Shown here one piece after another: positions 1 through 12,393 of a DNA stretch of 64,000 nucleotides. Each line of letters begins with the position of its first letter. Position 1 is the first letter of the stretch. The notes beneath the pieces were generated by a model that did not search any database, was not told the DNA's origin, and saw only the letters and a program-made list of their open reading frames with translations. This stretch comes from Psammoneis japonica (lineage: Eukaryota), in NCBI GenBank assembly GCA_008632985.1, contig QPGO01000097.1, positions 248,001 through 312,000 on the forward strand. The letters run 5' to 3'. The position numbers and the translations under genes are program-made.

Positions 1-531
1 CTCTCGCATTTGTTGTGACCACGGTGACATTGTAACAGGGCGTTTTGCATCCAACAACGCGTGCTTCTTGGATCGATGGGAGAGTTGTCGTGCAGGATGG
101 CGTTCGTTTGCAGTCTTTCAGCGTGGATCGAGCGATGCGGCAAAGGCCTCGCCACTTTTTTCTTTTTTCTGTGGTTTGCGTTGCGCTTTCGGTTTCCCGC
201 GCATTTGCCTACTCGACTATCCTCGTCATTGAGGAAGTCAAGTAATGAATTATTTAATTCAAAACACGAAGGGTTTTATTACGAACAATTTTAATCCGTT
301 GGGATCATAAAAAGTATTAATAGTGGAACTATATATGAGCATTTTGAAATTTTTGGAACGGACAGGAGGAAACTCAAAAACAACAAGAAGAGGCAATGAA
401 ACGTGCTGGCAGAAATCACATCTTCAAACTGATGCATAGCTTTGCAAAATCGAGCCGCTGTTAGACAAAACATCTTTCACCGCATTTTGAACATCACGGG
501 CGTCTCATAGACAGATAAGCGAGGCAAGCTC

Positions 532-1347
532 ATGCGTCGCCGCCGCGTCCTCTTGGGCGTCACGGGATCTGTGGCGGCTGTCAAAGGACCGGAAATTGCT
601 GTTCGCATCGCGCGGGATCTGCGAATGGACGTTCGCGTGCTGTTAACTCAAGCTGGCAATAATTTTTGGGTCAAATCGGAAGACTACAATCCTCAATACT
701 GGTCAGAACTTCAAAAGCGTCTCCGATCTCCAGAAGAATCATTCGGGGATGACGCCGATAGCGAACAAACAGACAGCACGGACGATGAAGGCAAAATTTA
801 TGTTCATTGTGAGTTTGATAGTCGTTCTGCTACTAAGTCCTTCTTGCGTTTGAAGAGTATCTTTTACGTTACTGACTCCAGATGTTGCACTGTTGCTTGA
901 TGCAATCTACGCAAAACAAAAACAGTGGCAGAAGACGAGTGGAAGGGTTGGAATCGATTAGGTGATCCGGTGCTTCACATTGATTTGCGGGACTGGTCAG
1001 ACGTTGCAGTGATTGCGCCGCTTTCAGCACACACACTTGCCAAGCTGGCTTGCGGATTGTGCGATGACACTCTGTCCTGTGTGATCCGCGCGTGGGACTT
1101 TGGTCACGGTACGAGACCTGGCAAGCCGCTGGTTTTAGCTCCAGCGATGAATACAGCAATGTGGGAGCACCCAATCACCAATTCTCAGTTGAACGTCATT
1201 CGAAGCTTTTGGAACAGCAGCCGTGAGCCTAAGAATGGAATCACTTCGGTTGAACCGGAAGTCAAGACACTGGCATGCGGGGAAGTAGGCACGGGTGCGC
1301 TGGCTTCGGTACAGAACATCTTGGATGCAGTGAAGGATCGTACATGA
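532..1347 (+). CDS. PPCDC: Phosphopantothenoylcysteine decarboxylase (HAL3/CoaC flavoprotein); exons 532-808 and 926-1347
   Basis: Motifs VLLGVTGSVAAVK, VLHIDLRDW, IAPLSAHTLAK, APAMNTAMWEHP and KTLACGEVGTGA. A GT..AG intron at 809-925 joins the two ORFs in frame. Confidence 0.92.
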
Positions 1348-2217
1348 ATTTTGGGGAAAACAAGCATCTGCTATGTGCTTGGTCCCAAGTTGAAATCACC
1401 CGCGAACTCAATTTACCTCTTGACAAAAACATGCTATGGTACGCAACAAGGTAAGTGATCAAGAATATGAGGACTACGATTGGATACACAAGCCATGGAC
1501 AGGAACCTAGTGGATCGTAGACAGACGGAGACCATTGTTTCCAGTCTCGCTTGGTCTCGCATGGTTTTATGTATTCAAAAAAGCACTCAAAGAAGCACGT
1601 GGGCAGCAGAAGGCCCATGCAAGCTAGAATCCGATTGTCGCGTCGGCCGACATAACATTGTTCTTACTTTGTTCAAATCGATAGCTGAAGTTGGTTGTGC
1701 GCTAATGCGGTTGGACGAGCAAGACAAGATGAACGGAAATTATGGATGCGATGATCTTTATTGTGTTGTGTGCTTTTTCTTCTCTGCACCAAGTCTGCAC
1801 AAGTTGAAAGTTATAAGAAAAGAACTCGACATTCTCAAGTCCCCGGAGCTTCTCCTGCTTGCCACTGCAGAGCTTATGCTTACTTGTGCATATCAAACAC
1901 GTCGGATTTTTGTCATTGAAATTCGCCCCACACAAACTCCACGGTGCATTCTACCTATCCATTATTATAATACCTGAAGAATGGATCACAAATAGCTTGC
2001 GAATAAACCAAAACCACAGAAAAAAGAAATATTATCCAGCCAGACCAACTGAGACACACGACTTCTTTTGATGATGCGAAGCCTGTCATGCGAAAGAGCG
2101 ATCAGAACCCAGAGAACGTGACACCTGTTTTTCTGCGATGTTGGCCATAAATGCGAATTCTCGCCAACGTAGAGATGCGTACAATTCATACCACAAAAAA
2201 AACATAAGGAATCAAAA

Positions 2218-3887
2218 ATGAGCGACGACAGCAACACCCATTCTGAGAGCGACGATAAGTCTCCAGGAGACTCTCCTTTGTCTAACAAGAGGGTAAATAA
2301 CGCAGAGGAAACGGAGGAAGCGTCTTCGGGCGATTCACGAGCTCATGGACGCATTGAAGGAGACTTTTTCGACACTGAAGAGACTTCAAGCGATGAGAAC
2401 ACCATTTCAAAGACGAGGATGATTCTCAGGCCCCCCAAGAGGCCTTCCAAACCTCAGTGCGACAGCGAACCTCCCAAAAAGAGGGTGGCGCATGTGAAGG
2501 GTTCGAATTCGAGGCCCCCTCTTCAAGAGCGAAATGTCAATCGCCTTCAAACGAAGCTCGCTTCTGTCCAAGAGCAGCTGGCCACTGCGATCAAAGAACG
2601 CAAAGAATCTGCCAAGACGTTGGCTGACGCCGAGCGGAAGCTTTCCAAGATGACCGAGCAGCTGTCCGAGAAGAACTTGAAGCTCCTTGGATGCAGGAAG
2701 GATGTGTCGGCATTGACGAAGGCGCTTGGAGCTGAAAGTCACGCGTTTCGCAGCGCGACAAGAGCATCACTGACAAAGAGCGAAAGATCGCCGCAGCTCA
2801 AGTGAAACTTGACGCTGCCGCTGACTCCAAGAAAGAACTCGCACCCAAGCTTCGGACAGTCAATGGAGAGCTCAAAAGAGAAAGCAGAAAGGCTGCCAAG
2901 CTGGAAAAAGCAGCTGGCCAAGTCAGCTTCGCGCTGGGTGCACTGCAGTCAGAAAACAGGCGCCCGAAGCAGTCCATCAAGGACGAGGCTGCAGCAAAGA
3001 GGCAACACAAAGAAAAAATGGCGGAGTTGAAGCTTCAAGAGATCAAGGCAATCTCCAACAAGTGCGCTGAAGAGTGCCAGTTCAAGCGCGATGCTTCAGC
3101 CGCTGCTGCACACACCAAGTCTGCTCATTTGGCAAGCAAGCATCACTTCACCACAGAAGCAAAAGAGAAAGAGCCAAGTGGAAAAGAAACAGAGCGACAG
3201 AGGTGTTTGGAGACTGCACAAAGTGGAATTTCAGTGGCTTCTCAAATGCAATGCCTTGGCTTTGGAAACCAAGGCATTCTCCAAGCGGTGAGCAGCACGT
3301 GTTTGTTTTGTGCACGTGTCACTTTGGTTGCATGTGATGCATGACTTGCTGCTCCTTTTCCTTTTGAGTGCTTTCACTTTGTACAAGGCATTGGCGGATC
3401 GCCAGCGAGCAGCAAACAGTGTGAGTGCCTGTGTCAACTTGCAGTGCAAAGTCTGACTGACGACATTGTGCGTGCAAACTGACTGACATCATTGTGCATG
3501 TTGTGTCTTTTCACGTTACACCAGGCATTGATGGATCGCCAGCAAGAAGCTGGAAGCATTCCACCTCTTGCTGTTGCAACAGACGGACTCCCCAGTGGTT
3601 GGGAGGAAGCCGATGACCCTTCCACGGGGAAGAAGTGTCACCACAATCGGTTGCTCGGAAAAACCAGGTGGACGAGGCCTGTTGTTGTGCCTCCAGCTCC
3701 TTCCAATCCTCCTCCACTGCCACCTCCGCCTGCGCCTCTTCCGCCGCCTCCTGAAGAAAAAGATTCGGGCAAGGAGAGCCATGCCGGCAGTCAGCATGAA
3801 TCGACCTCGCAGGCGCAGCTTCAAGAAAGGTTTCCACATTGGCAAAACAAGTGCAGTGCGATTGTCTTTCTCTTGCAGCAGAATTAG
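2218..3887 (+). pseudogene. Transposon cargo ORF: acidic/basic N-terminus, long coiled coil, WW domain and polyproline tract; frameshifted and hypermutated
   Basis: ORFs 2218-2805 and 2802-3344 are K/E/A-rich coiled-coil-like. Probable introns start at GTGAG ~3288 and ~3421. The WW-like motif LPSGWEEADDPSTGKKCHHNRLLGKTRWTRP (3588-3680) is followed by PPPLPPPPAPLPPPP. Confidence 0.7.
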
Positions 3888-4085
3888 ACATGACAGCACA
3901 GTTGGATGACATTTAGGACACCTTGTTTACATTGCGCACAATCTGCTGTTAAATTGCAACTCCCAATCCATTCTGCAGCTCACTGCTGCCGCAGCAAGTG
4001 GCGCGACGGTGCGACGGTCCGTTTGCAAAAAATTCAACAATGCTGCTGTGTGCTCTGGCTAGAGACAATCCCAAAACCAATGTTG

Positions 4086-5216
4086 CTAACACAAGCAGCT
4101 GCTCTGGCAGCCGCAGAAGATCATGCTCTTGAGCATGAGATCTGTTGTCATTTCATTCAGGATCTGTTGCACACAAAAGATCACCGCGTCCATGTGGGGG
4201 CGTGGTTCGAATGAGCTGACAGTTTTTGGGTGCTGCGTCAGAGTCTGAAAGATGAGCTCTGTTGGATTCAACTCGGGTGAACAAGTGGGAAGGTGCCAAA
4301 CGAGCACATTCACAGGCAAGCCGTCTGGCCCGGGAGTCGTCCACATTGGATCTTGAAGCATGTCGGATTCCGCACCTTTGTGGATGACAGCATTGTCCAA
4401 TGTCAAAACATCTCCACGATTGAACCACCCTTGAACAAGAAACATTTCCACAAATGCCATGAAAGCCGCGCTCGTGCCATTCTCCACTCCAACACTGCAC
4501 TTGATGGGCGCTTTTGTCTCACCCACTCCCGTGCATGCTGTGAGATTGCACCGCTGCCGACAGTCACCATCAACAGCCACATTGTCAGCTGTTCCTGTCA
4601 AAGGATTGACTCTCCCTTTTCTGGAAAAAATGTCAGTTCCTTCCACATGCTTTTCATCTGCAAATTTGAGTCGACGAGGGTCAAACTGTGAGATGAAACG
4701 CACGAACTCAAAGCAATGCACGATGTTCTCGGGTTTGAACTTGTCAAGTGGCACAAGATTGCTCTTTTTGAATGACACCTTGAAATCAAACCGAGAAGCA
4801 AACCATTCTGAAATGAAAGATGGGGAAACCAATTTACCATGTGTCACGAGCAGCTCTTCCACATGGCTCTCATTCGACCTTGAGGGTTGTTGGAAACGAA
4901 GCCACAAAAGGTGGCATTCCTCCTCTGGAGTCAAAGCAATGGAACCAACACCTCTTGCTCACTCTTGACTGCGAGCAATTGTGTCAGGATCAACCACACA
5001 GCCATCCAAATCAACTTCATCCATCACTTTCTTCGCAAAGTTCCGAGAAACACGGCCCAGTCTTGCGACCTCAGCAACCTTTGGCTCCTCGCCTGTGACT
5101 GACGTCAACTTCAGTTCTTCACACACCCTTGCAATCTCAAGCTTCTTCAACACGTCATGTGACTTGCCACGCCAGTAAAATCCACCATTGGCATTCACGT
5201 CAAGCCCCGACGCCAT
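4086..5216 (-). pseudogene. IS630/Tc1-family DDE transposase with one in-frame stop
   Basis: ORFs 4959-5303 and 4086-4934 are in the same frame, separated by a TGA at 4959-4961. N-terminal HTH-like segment (EVARLGRVSRNFAKKV); catalytic motifs FADEKH, LTLDNAVIH and LPTCSPELNPTE. Confidence 0.88.
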
Positions 5217-5722
5217 GCTGCCGAGAATGCAAATGTCAAAAATCCCAGCTGGTGCTTTGCGTCCTCGATGCGTCCTCGATGCGTCCTCGAATCTCAGGCA
5301 CACACCAAATTTCTTTTCAAGTCAGTATGACATGAACAAAGATAAATTGTCTGATGCATTTGTGAAGGGCAGTCTTATCTGTATTGAACGTTTCAGACGG
5401 CATACCTTTACCGCAGACGTCCATTGCTTCTGGTGTCACACTTCCAGTAAATACACGTAGAAAATGTACTGATGTCTACGCACCCCAAATGGGGCTTCGG
5501 GTCGCTTTCGAGGATTTTTAGCGCGCACCGCCCTGGAGGAAATCACGTGAAGCCACCCGCTTCACAGCCGAACCCCATAGAAATTTGCGCGTGTGTCAGT
5601 TGGTCTGGCTGGATAATAAATTGCGTTTGCGTTTTGTCTGCGTGTGCGCCCGCGTGTTGTCACTTTTTCGAACAGGCGCACGTACAGCTTTTCTCTTTTC
5701 TGTGTCCAGTGTTTCATCCACC

Positions 5723-8700
5723 ATGGCGTCGTCTTACGAACCGACGCCCTTAGAAAAGGCCTACGCATCTTACCTTTTGGATAAAATCTTTCAAATAGAG
5801 AAAGACAACGATGTAATTCGTATCCCCGGGAGACTGGCTGTTCCATTTTTGACAACGGTAGGAGCATCGTGATTGGTGATTGTGACTGGTGACTGCATGC
5901 ACGGCAGGAAAGCGATTGATTTTTGGTTGAGTCGCGACTTGTTCGTTGCCTAACTTGTTGCATCTTTGTTTCATTTCGTTTACAGTCCGGGGTGGATAGA
6001 AATATCTTAAGGAATGCTTGGGGTGTTGCTGATCCGGAGAGCATAGGAAAGCTTAAGAGTCGAGAGCAGTTTTGTGTGGTGTTGAGATTGGTTGCACTTG
6101 CTCAAGCGGGGGCCGTGACTTCGGAAACAACCGACTTGATGGGAACCTTGAACGAAAGCAAAGAGGATGTTCCACTGGCTGCTTTTGAATCAGTAGAACT
6201 ACCACCCCCGGCTTCTCTCTTAGGTAACGAATGTCCTCCTTTTGCTTTTCCTTGTTTTGTTCCGAGTATTCAAAGCTTCAAATCCTTATACCTATTGTAA
6301 TTCTTTTAGACGAATACAGTGAACCAATGCATTTGGAAGAACCCCAACCGATCCTGTCGGTTTCAGACGCGTTTGGGGACTTGGTTCACGTTGAAGATGC
6401 CCCCTTACCTGTCTTACCAGTAGGCCCCCCTGTTGACGAAGTAGAGGACGTCGAAGATGATGAGTTTGGCGATTTTGAGGAGGCAGATGGTGAAAACGCA
6501 GCAGTAACTGCGACTGCTGTAGTTAGTGACGATGAGCTCGTTGAGGGCTTGGAGGAGACCGTCACGGACAATGAAGATGCGGCTGCAACACAAAAAGTCA
6601 ACGCGAACGCGACCTTGTTGAAGTTGGCTGATGAACATGGAGATGACGCGCTACCGGAGGTTGAAAGTGATCCACTGAATCCTCCGTCTGGGGGCAGTCC
6701 AGTGGATCGTGTGACAAATGATTTGTTTTACTCGGCTCATACTGAATTTTCAAAGAGTGAACAGCGAGAAGAAAATGAAGCTGACGAAGCCGACGACTTC
6801 GGAGACTTTACGGACGCCAAAGAAGAGAGCTCAGGCAATGAATTGGGGGATCTAAAGGAGGATAAGAATGGTGTCGACGGTGCTCCAGGTGACCTAGTAG
6901 TTTCCGACACGGAGGATGGAGGTCCTATAACTGGAGAAGTCGAATCCGGTAATGCAGCTGAATCGAAGTCTATGATGTCTCTGCCAGAGCCTGTAGACGA
7001 TCCGTTCTCCGCTTTTGATGCCTTGGCTGGTCCTCCTGCTGCTGCACCTGAACTCCCCCCTCTTGGTTCGTTTGCGCCGATTAACCCAGAAAGTGAATCA
7101 TCCGCACATATTCTGAACACTATGGGTGTCATGGATCAAATTGACACGCAGGAAAGTTTCGGTGACTTTAAAGAAGGTGGTGTCGCTTCGACAGGGGATT
7201 CTGGTCTACACTCTGTGCTATCGTCAAATGATAGTGCAGCACCAGGTGTATCAGCTGTGACCTCCGACGATTTTGGGAGTTTCGCAGACTCCCAATTCAG
7301 TGTTCGGGAACACGGCGATTTTGGAGATTTTGCCGCCGCAGACTCCGAAGCGTGTGCTCAGGAGCAGGAGGTGACTCAGCAGCAAGCATCGAAACGCAGC
7401 GCGTTGGGAGAAACCTTTGGGGATGTTGTTGGTGGACGTGATACCACACAGGATTCAGTTGCAGGGGCTCTTGATGCCCCTTCTCTTTGTACTCCAGTTT
7501 CCGACGAGCGACAGGAGCAACAAGAGACTAGCTTTGGAGATTTTGAGATTGCTCCCCCCGAGGGAAATGATTCGCTTCTCGATGCTGAACCGACGGGTGT
7601 GCTCGACAACGGAGGCCCAGGCGGTGTCTTCGAAACAACAGATGCCGTGGTCGACGGCGACACACCTACCCCTCATGATAATAATTCGGTTGACGGTGTG
7701 GCTTCAACAGGAAATTCCAAAGAAGACAAGGACGGGAGTGATTTTGGTGATTTCGAGGTTGTCCATGCGACCGATGTATCACCTGCAGTCGAGCAATCTG
7801 AATGTCAAGAAGAATTTGACGATTTCGGTGACTTTGAGGGGGCAGATGCGTTCAGCGATTCGCCACCCGGTGTCGATGAGCCTGCCGTCACTACACAGGA
7901 TTCCGACAACGAAGGGGGGGAAATGATCATTCCAGAAGGTGGTTTCAGCGGAACATCGAAAGGAGAACTCTCAAATGTTGCTGGTTTACCGGGGTATGGA
8001 GATACCCAATTGATTGCTCCAACAATGAGTGACGACTTTGGGGATTTTACTACTGCTGATGCTTTCAGTGGTTCATTAGACGCGGCTCAGCTTGAAACTG
8101 CGAAATCGGAGCCAGTAGTTGATTTATGTGGTCAAGAAGAAACTCCATCAAATGTTATAACAGATCACGATGCTTTTGGAGACTTCGAGGCTGCTGGCGC
8201 CTTCGACGGTTTGTCGCAGCCTGCACAGGCTGAATCTGCGACTTCGAATACGGAAACTTTATTTGGACGAGATATCGCGGCAAGCGCTGAAGAGCCTAGA
8301 GCCGTCCAGACGGATGGTCAAGGAGAAGAGCAAATGGTTGGTTTTCCTGAGCCGAGTACAGATTCTCCTCCTGAGCCGAGTACAGATTCTCCTGTAGACA
8401 AAGTAATCGAAAATCTGGGCGCACCGACTGAAGACGATTTTGGGGACTTTGCGGCATTCGATTCAGGAGAAGCTGCTGAAAACCTGGTAGCCAAGGAACA
8501 AGGCAACGACTCGGCACCTAACACAGAGCCGAGTGATGCTTTCGACGCCGACTTCGGTAGTTTTGAGTTCGCCGCGTTTGACGAAGAAATAAAGGAGGAT
8601 TCACTCGAGCAAATGAGAGAACAGATAGTAGCATCGCAGTCGTTACTTCCTTCATCACTAAACATGTTGGATGTCATCAAGAACTTCGAATCCGATGGTG

Positions 8701-9446
8701 GAGGTACTGGCGGATGGCGTGAGCTCGAAGAAAGAACCAAGGTAAGTTTTCCATTACAATGAAACTCCTTTCGCCACAAAGTGTCGAATGCCTGACGCTG
8801 CTCTTTGGACATGTAGACGGACCCGGGAAGTGCGCAACCAGATGTGGACCGCGCTCGTCGTTGCCATAAGCTCCACATGTTGTTGTCTTCCACTCACAAG
8901 CGACACGTGGAGTACTGGACGCAATTAGTGTCGATGGTAAGAGACGAAATGGCTACCTGCAAGTTACTCATGGAGGGAGCCAAGGAACTGTCGAGAGTAG
9001 AGCAGAAGCAGATTGTCCCTTCATTTGAAACGATGGTGTCTGGTCTTGCAGAATACATACGATTGGTGCGTCTGGTAGTCGCTTCAATCGGCGACTTGTT
9101 GGGCTTAAAAGTGGACGCTCCTCTCACATCATCTACGTTGAAATCCAGATGGCACTCGTTGGCGCTATTGGAGCTTGCTTTAGAAGCGGAAAATTTGTGG
9201 GACAAGACGTGTCAACTCGTGATTGAGCTGGGAATAGAGCGTCCCAAGGTGGACAGCGTGCCAGAAATTCGAAAGTCTTGCGTCCATCGCGGTTTCTCAG
9301 ACGAAGTCTGCACCCTTACTCTGCAGCCACTCTCTCCCGACGCTACCGGAACGACAATGGCTGAGGTCACATGGGACGGCAGGAAACTCATGGCATGTGC
9401 AGCAAATTTTTGGTCTCACAAGGTATCAGCTACAGTTCCCTGTTAG
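5723..9446 (+). CDS. EH-domain, FGDF-repeat clathrin/AP-1 accessory protein (synergin-gamma/aftiphilin-like); exons 5723-5857, 5986-6223, 6310-8741, 8817-9446
   Basis: EH-like N-terminus (PFLTTSGVDRNILRNAWGVAD...FCVVLRLVALAQAG), then an acidic disordered region with 10 FGDF and 2 FGSF motifs. Three GT-AG introns keep the frame. Confidence 0.75.
8346..8393 (+). repeat. 24-bp perfect tandem duplication in coding sequence (PEPSTDSP x2)
   Basis: CCTGAGCCGAGTACAGATTCTCCT occurs twice in tandem. Confidence 0.9.
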
Positions 9447-9500
9447 AGTCGGCATGAGATTGTAGGTAGTCCGACTGTTGCTTATATTTACTACTATAAG

Positions 9501-10458
9501 TTAAAAGACAAACTTGTAATTTTCTTCGTTGACCGTGCTATAAATGGCACCCTCTGACGCCAAACTCTGAATCGTGTTGCGCACTTCTCCCTCATTGAAC
9601 TTGCCTGTGGCTGTAAGTTTCTGGATACACCCGGCAACCGGCGCGCCATAGTCATCCGTCTCACCTTCGACCTTGAAGTATTCCTTGACAGCATCGAGAA
9701 GTTCATTCCCACTTCCGCCGGCACTATTGGAGATTGGCACTCCGCCTCCCTGCGGCGCTGCAAATCCGACTCCAGCGGCAGCCTGTAACATTGTAGGCTG
9801 ACTAATAATAGTGTCTCTGCGTTTGAATTTCTCGGCACAGTACACTACCTCCAGCATGTGGTGAGTGATTTCGTCGCCTGAAGAAACTTTTCGAATGCTG
9901 TGCGCCACAATAGACTTCTTTCCGTCGTACTCCTTGACTTGTCCAATGATTCTGACGTAAACGTGTTCTTGAAGACACGCTTGTCTCAATTCGTGAACGA
10001 CAGTCGGCTCGTTGTCGTCGACCCACTGCTTAACCTCTACGAGACCCGTGCCGTCTTCAATCTGAAAGGTGAAATTAGTGCTCTGCGTATCATGAGCACG
10101 CACTGCGCCCACGAGCTTGACTTGGTGAAGCTCTCGCTTATCTCGCAGAGCCAAACTGCCCGTACCGTCCGCGCTTGACGACGGCTGCGTCGATAGAACC
10201 ATGCGAGCAGTTACGGGGATGAGCGTTTGCTCGTCGTAGCTTTTACGTTGCTTGGGAGTCTGGCTCCCTCCGCCGCTAAAGCTCCCTCCGCCACCGCCTC
10301 CATAGTCTCCACCGCCACCTCCGTAGCCACCAGAGTCACCCTGATAATCCGCACCTGGATTTAACGCCAAAACAGCGTGGCATACAACGGATTCAGTTGG
10401 AAAGTTCTCTACGCATACTCCTTACGATTCCTTATGCAGCGGACTTACCGAAGTTCAT
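9501..10458 (-). CDS. RPA2: Replication protein A 32-kDa subunit; exons 10458-10449 and 10354-9501
   Basis: Gly-rich N-terminus, QTLIPVT, OB fold (VKLVGAVR, FQIEDGTGLVEVKQW, EITHHMLEV) and C-terminal winged helix (LASEGAIYSTVNEENYK). Micro-exon ATGAACTTCG followed by GTAAGT. Confidence 0.92.
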
Positions 10459-10905
10459 ATTACAACAACAACGCCAACAACCTTGACTGTCTGAATCGAT
10501 TGGTGTCAAGACAACACCGCCAAAAAAATAAAATACTGCCAGAAGTGCGGCAAAGGGCAAAATGCGGCGACGAATGACTTGTCCGACTCAAGAAAAAACG
10601 GCTTCCGAAAAATGGCGCGCGCTTTTCGCCGTGGCGGCGTCACGATCTCGTCATGCATAAATGGGCCATAACAAATAGATCTAAATAATGGTATTAAGTA
10701 CGTAATATATTTCTATGATGGAGAGAACCCCGTCGAGCAGAACTTTTGCTTCGAAGATTTGTACCACAACATCTGTAGAATTTTACATAGACAATAATTA
10801 CGTAGACTTTGTACCGCAGTACCACATCACGTGTCGGAACGAACACGGCGACAACAACACGCCGAAAACAACCACGGAAAGATCTCGTCAGAAGAAGCAA
10901 GAACC

Positions 10906-11680
10906 ATGGAGGTCGTTCAAGAAAAGTTGCAGCTGCTGCGGTCTAAGCTCGACCAAATACCAGTTCTACAGCGAGCAGAGGTGAGGAGGGTTTCTTGCGG
11001 CGAAATGATCTACGGTTGTTTCGAATTTCGCTCGGTGAATGTCATTGTTTCACACCTCCGTGTAGAATCCTACGTCGACACGTGTACCGTTGATGGCTTT
11101 GAAACGCGTCTGGAACTCGCTGTCTCTGCGTAATCTCACTCTGTTCTCTTTGCTTCTGTTACCCTCCTGTCAACAGGATGCCGTCAAGGTTCCCAAAGAG
11201 TACCTCGTGCTTGGCGCCGCTGTCGTCTTTATCGCTCTGATCTTTCTGGGAGTGGGCGCAGGCAGCCTCTGCAGTATCGTTGGATTTGTTTACCCCGCCT
11301 TCAAATCATTCGAGGCGATTGAGAGCCAGAACAGGGGAGACGACACGCAGTGGCTCATTTACTGGATTGTCTACGCTTTCTTCTCCATTATTGAGGTTTT
11401 CGTCGACTTCTTGCTTTACTGGATTCCCTTTTATTACGCCTTTAAACTCGCGTTCCTCTTGTGGGCGATGCTCCCGCAAACAAAGGGCGCCAAGTTCTTG
11501 TATGATTCGTTCTTGAAGGACTTTTTGAAGAAGAACGAATCCAAGATTGATGCGGCCTTGGCTGATGCGAAAAAGTCGGCGGGCACCGTTGCCTCGGAAG
11601 CTGCGGCTGCCACGGGAGACGCAGTCGCCGCGGCGGCGGACTTGGCCAAGAATTCAGAAGAGCCGAAGAAGGATATCTAG
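10906..11680 (+). CDS. TB2/DP1/HVA22 family ER-shaping protein (REEP5/YOP1-like); exons 10906-10980 and 11177-11680
   Basis: GFVYPAFKSFEAIES, DDTQWLIYW, WIPFYYAFKLAFLLW, PQTKGAKFLY. Confidence 0.9.
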
Positions 11681-12393
11681 AGAACAGTGATTGGAGACGC
11701 CAGAAGGAAAAGTTGCTCTCCATAGCAGAAGGGACATCTAGCGCTGAGATATCCATACATAAATTCACGTTGTCATCGTTGATATCATTTTTTTGTACTC
11801 CGTTGCCTCGGCCGACAAGTTCTACTGCAAACTGTCAATGTGACACGAGAGTACTTGGTGGCTCGCATCCGCAATCGCTCGTCTACGGTATTGTACACAA
11901 GAACGCCCAAATATGACGGATAGACCGCCCGACTCTCGCTATCCAATATCTGCTAGTAGTAGCTACCTGTACTCTGTGCTTTGAAATCGCGTCAAGTCTC
12001 AAAAACTACTAGTGAAGATTATGAGTAAGGGAAACGGCTCCCGCATTCAAAACCGTATAAAATCGCGAATCAATAACGTCGAGGTGGGAAGCCTAGCTAG
12101 AGCTCACCGTTCATTCAGTAACTCGAGAATGAAAAGCGAAGGGAGAAGGATCAAGAGGTCAAAAATAATGAGCTCGAGCTCGGAGGGAGATTTTCTACGG
12201 TAGTTGTGGTACTGTTTCTACGCAAGTAGTGGTCAACGCCCCTACACCACACTACTTCTGAAGTAAAAACACACCATCACTCTCATTTCTTTTTATTTTT
12301 TGCTGTTGTTCGACCTGGGGTTCGACGTAGGTAGTATTTGTTTTTGACCTGCAAAGCGTGTTAAGAAGCACGACAGCTTTAAAACGACCGGCG

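Larger units (their letters stand above)
2032..5616. mobile_element. IS630/Tc1/mariner-like DNA transposon, 3585 bp, with two convergent ORFs
   Basis: Perfect 21-bp TIRs TTATCCAGCCAGACCAACTGA at 2032-2052 and reverse complement at 5596-5616. TA target duplication at 2030-2031 and 5617-5618. Internal DDE transposase. Confidence 0.92.

Noticed and set aside
1..240. Open minus-strand frame running off the window start
   Set aside because: No clear start codon or motif, so it cannot be called from this window.
1480..1977. 165-aa ORF downstream of PPCDC
   Set aside because: Non-ATG start in the ORF track, no motif and no clear gene structure.
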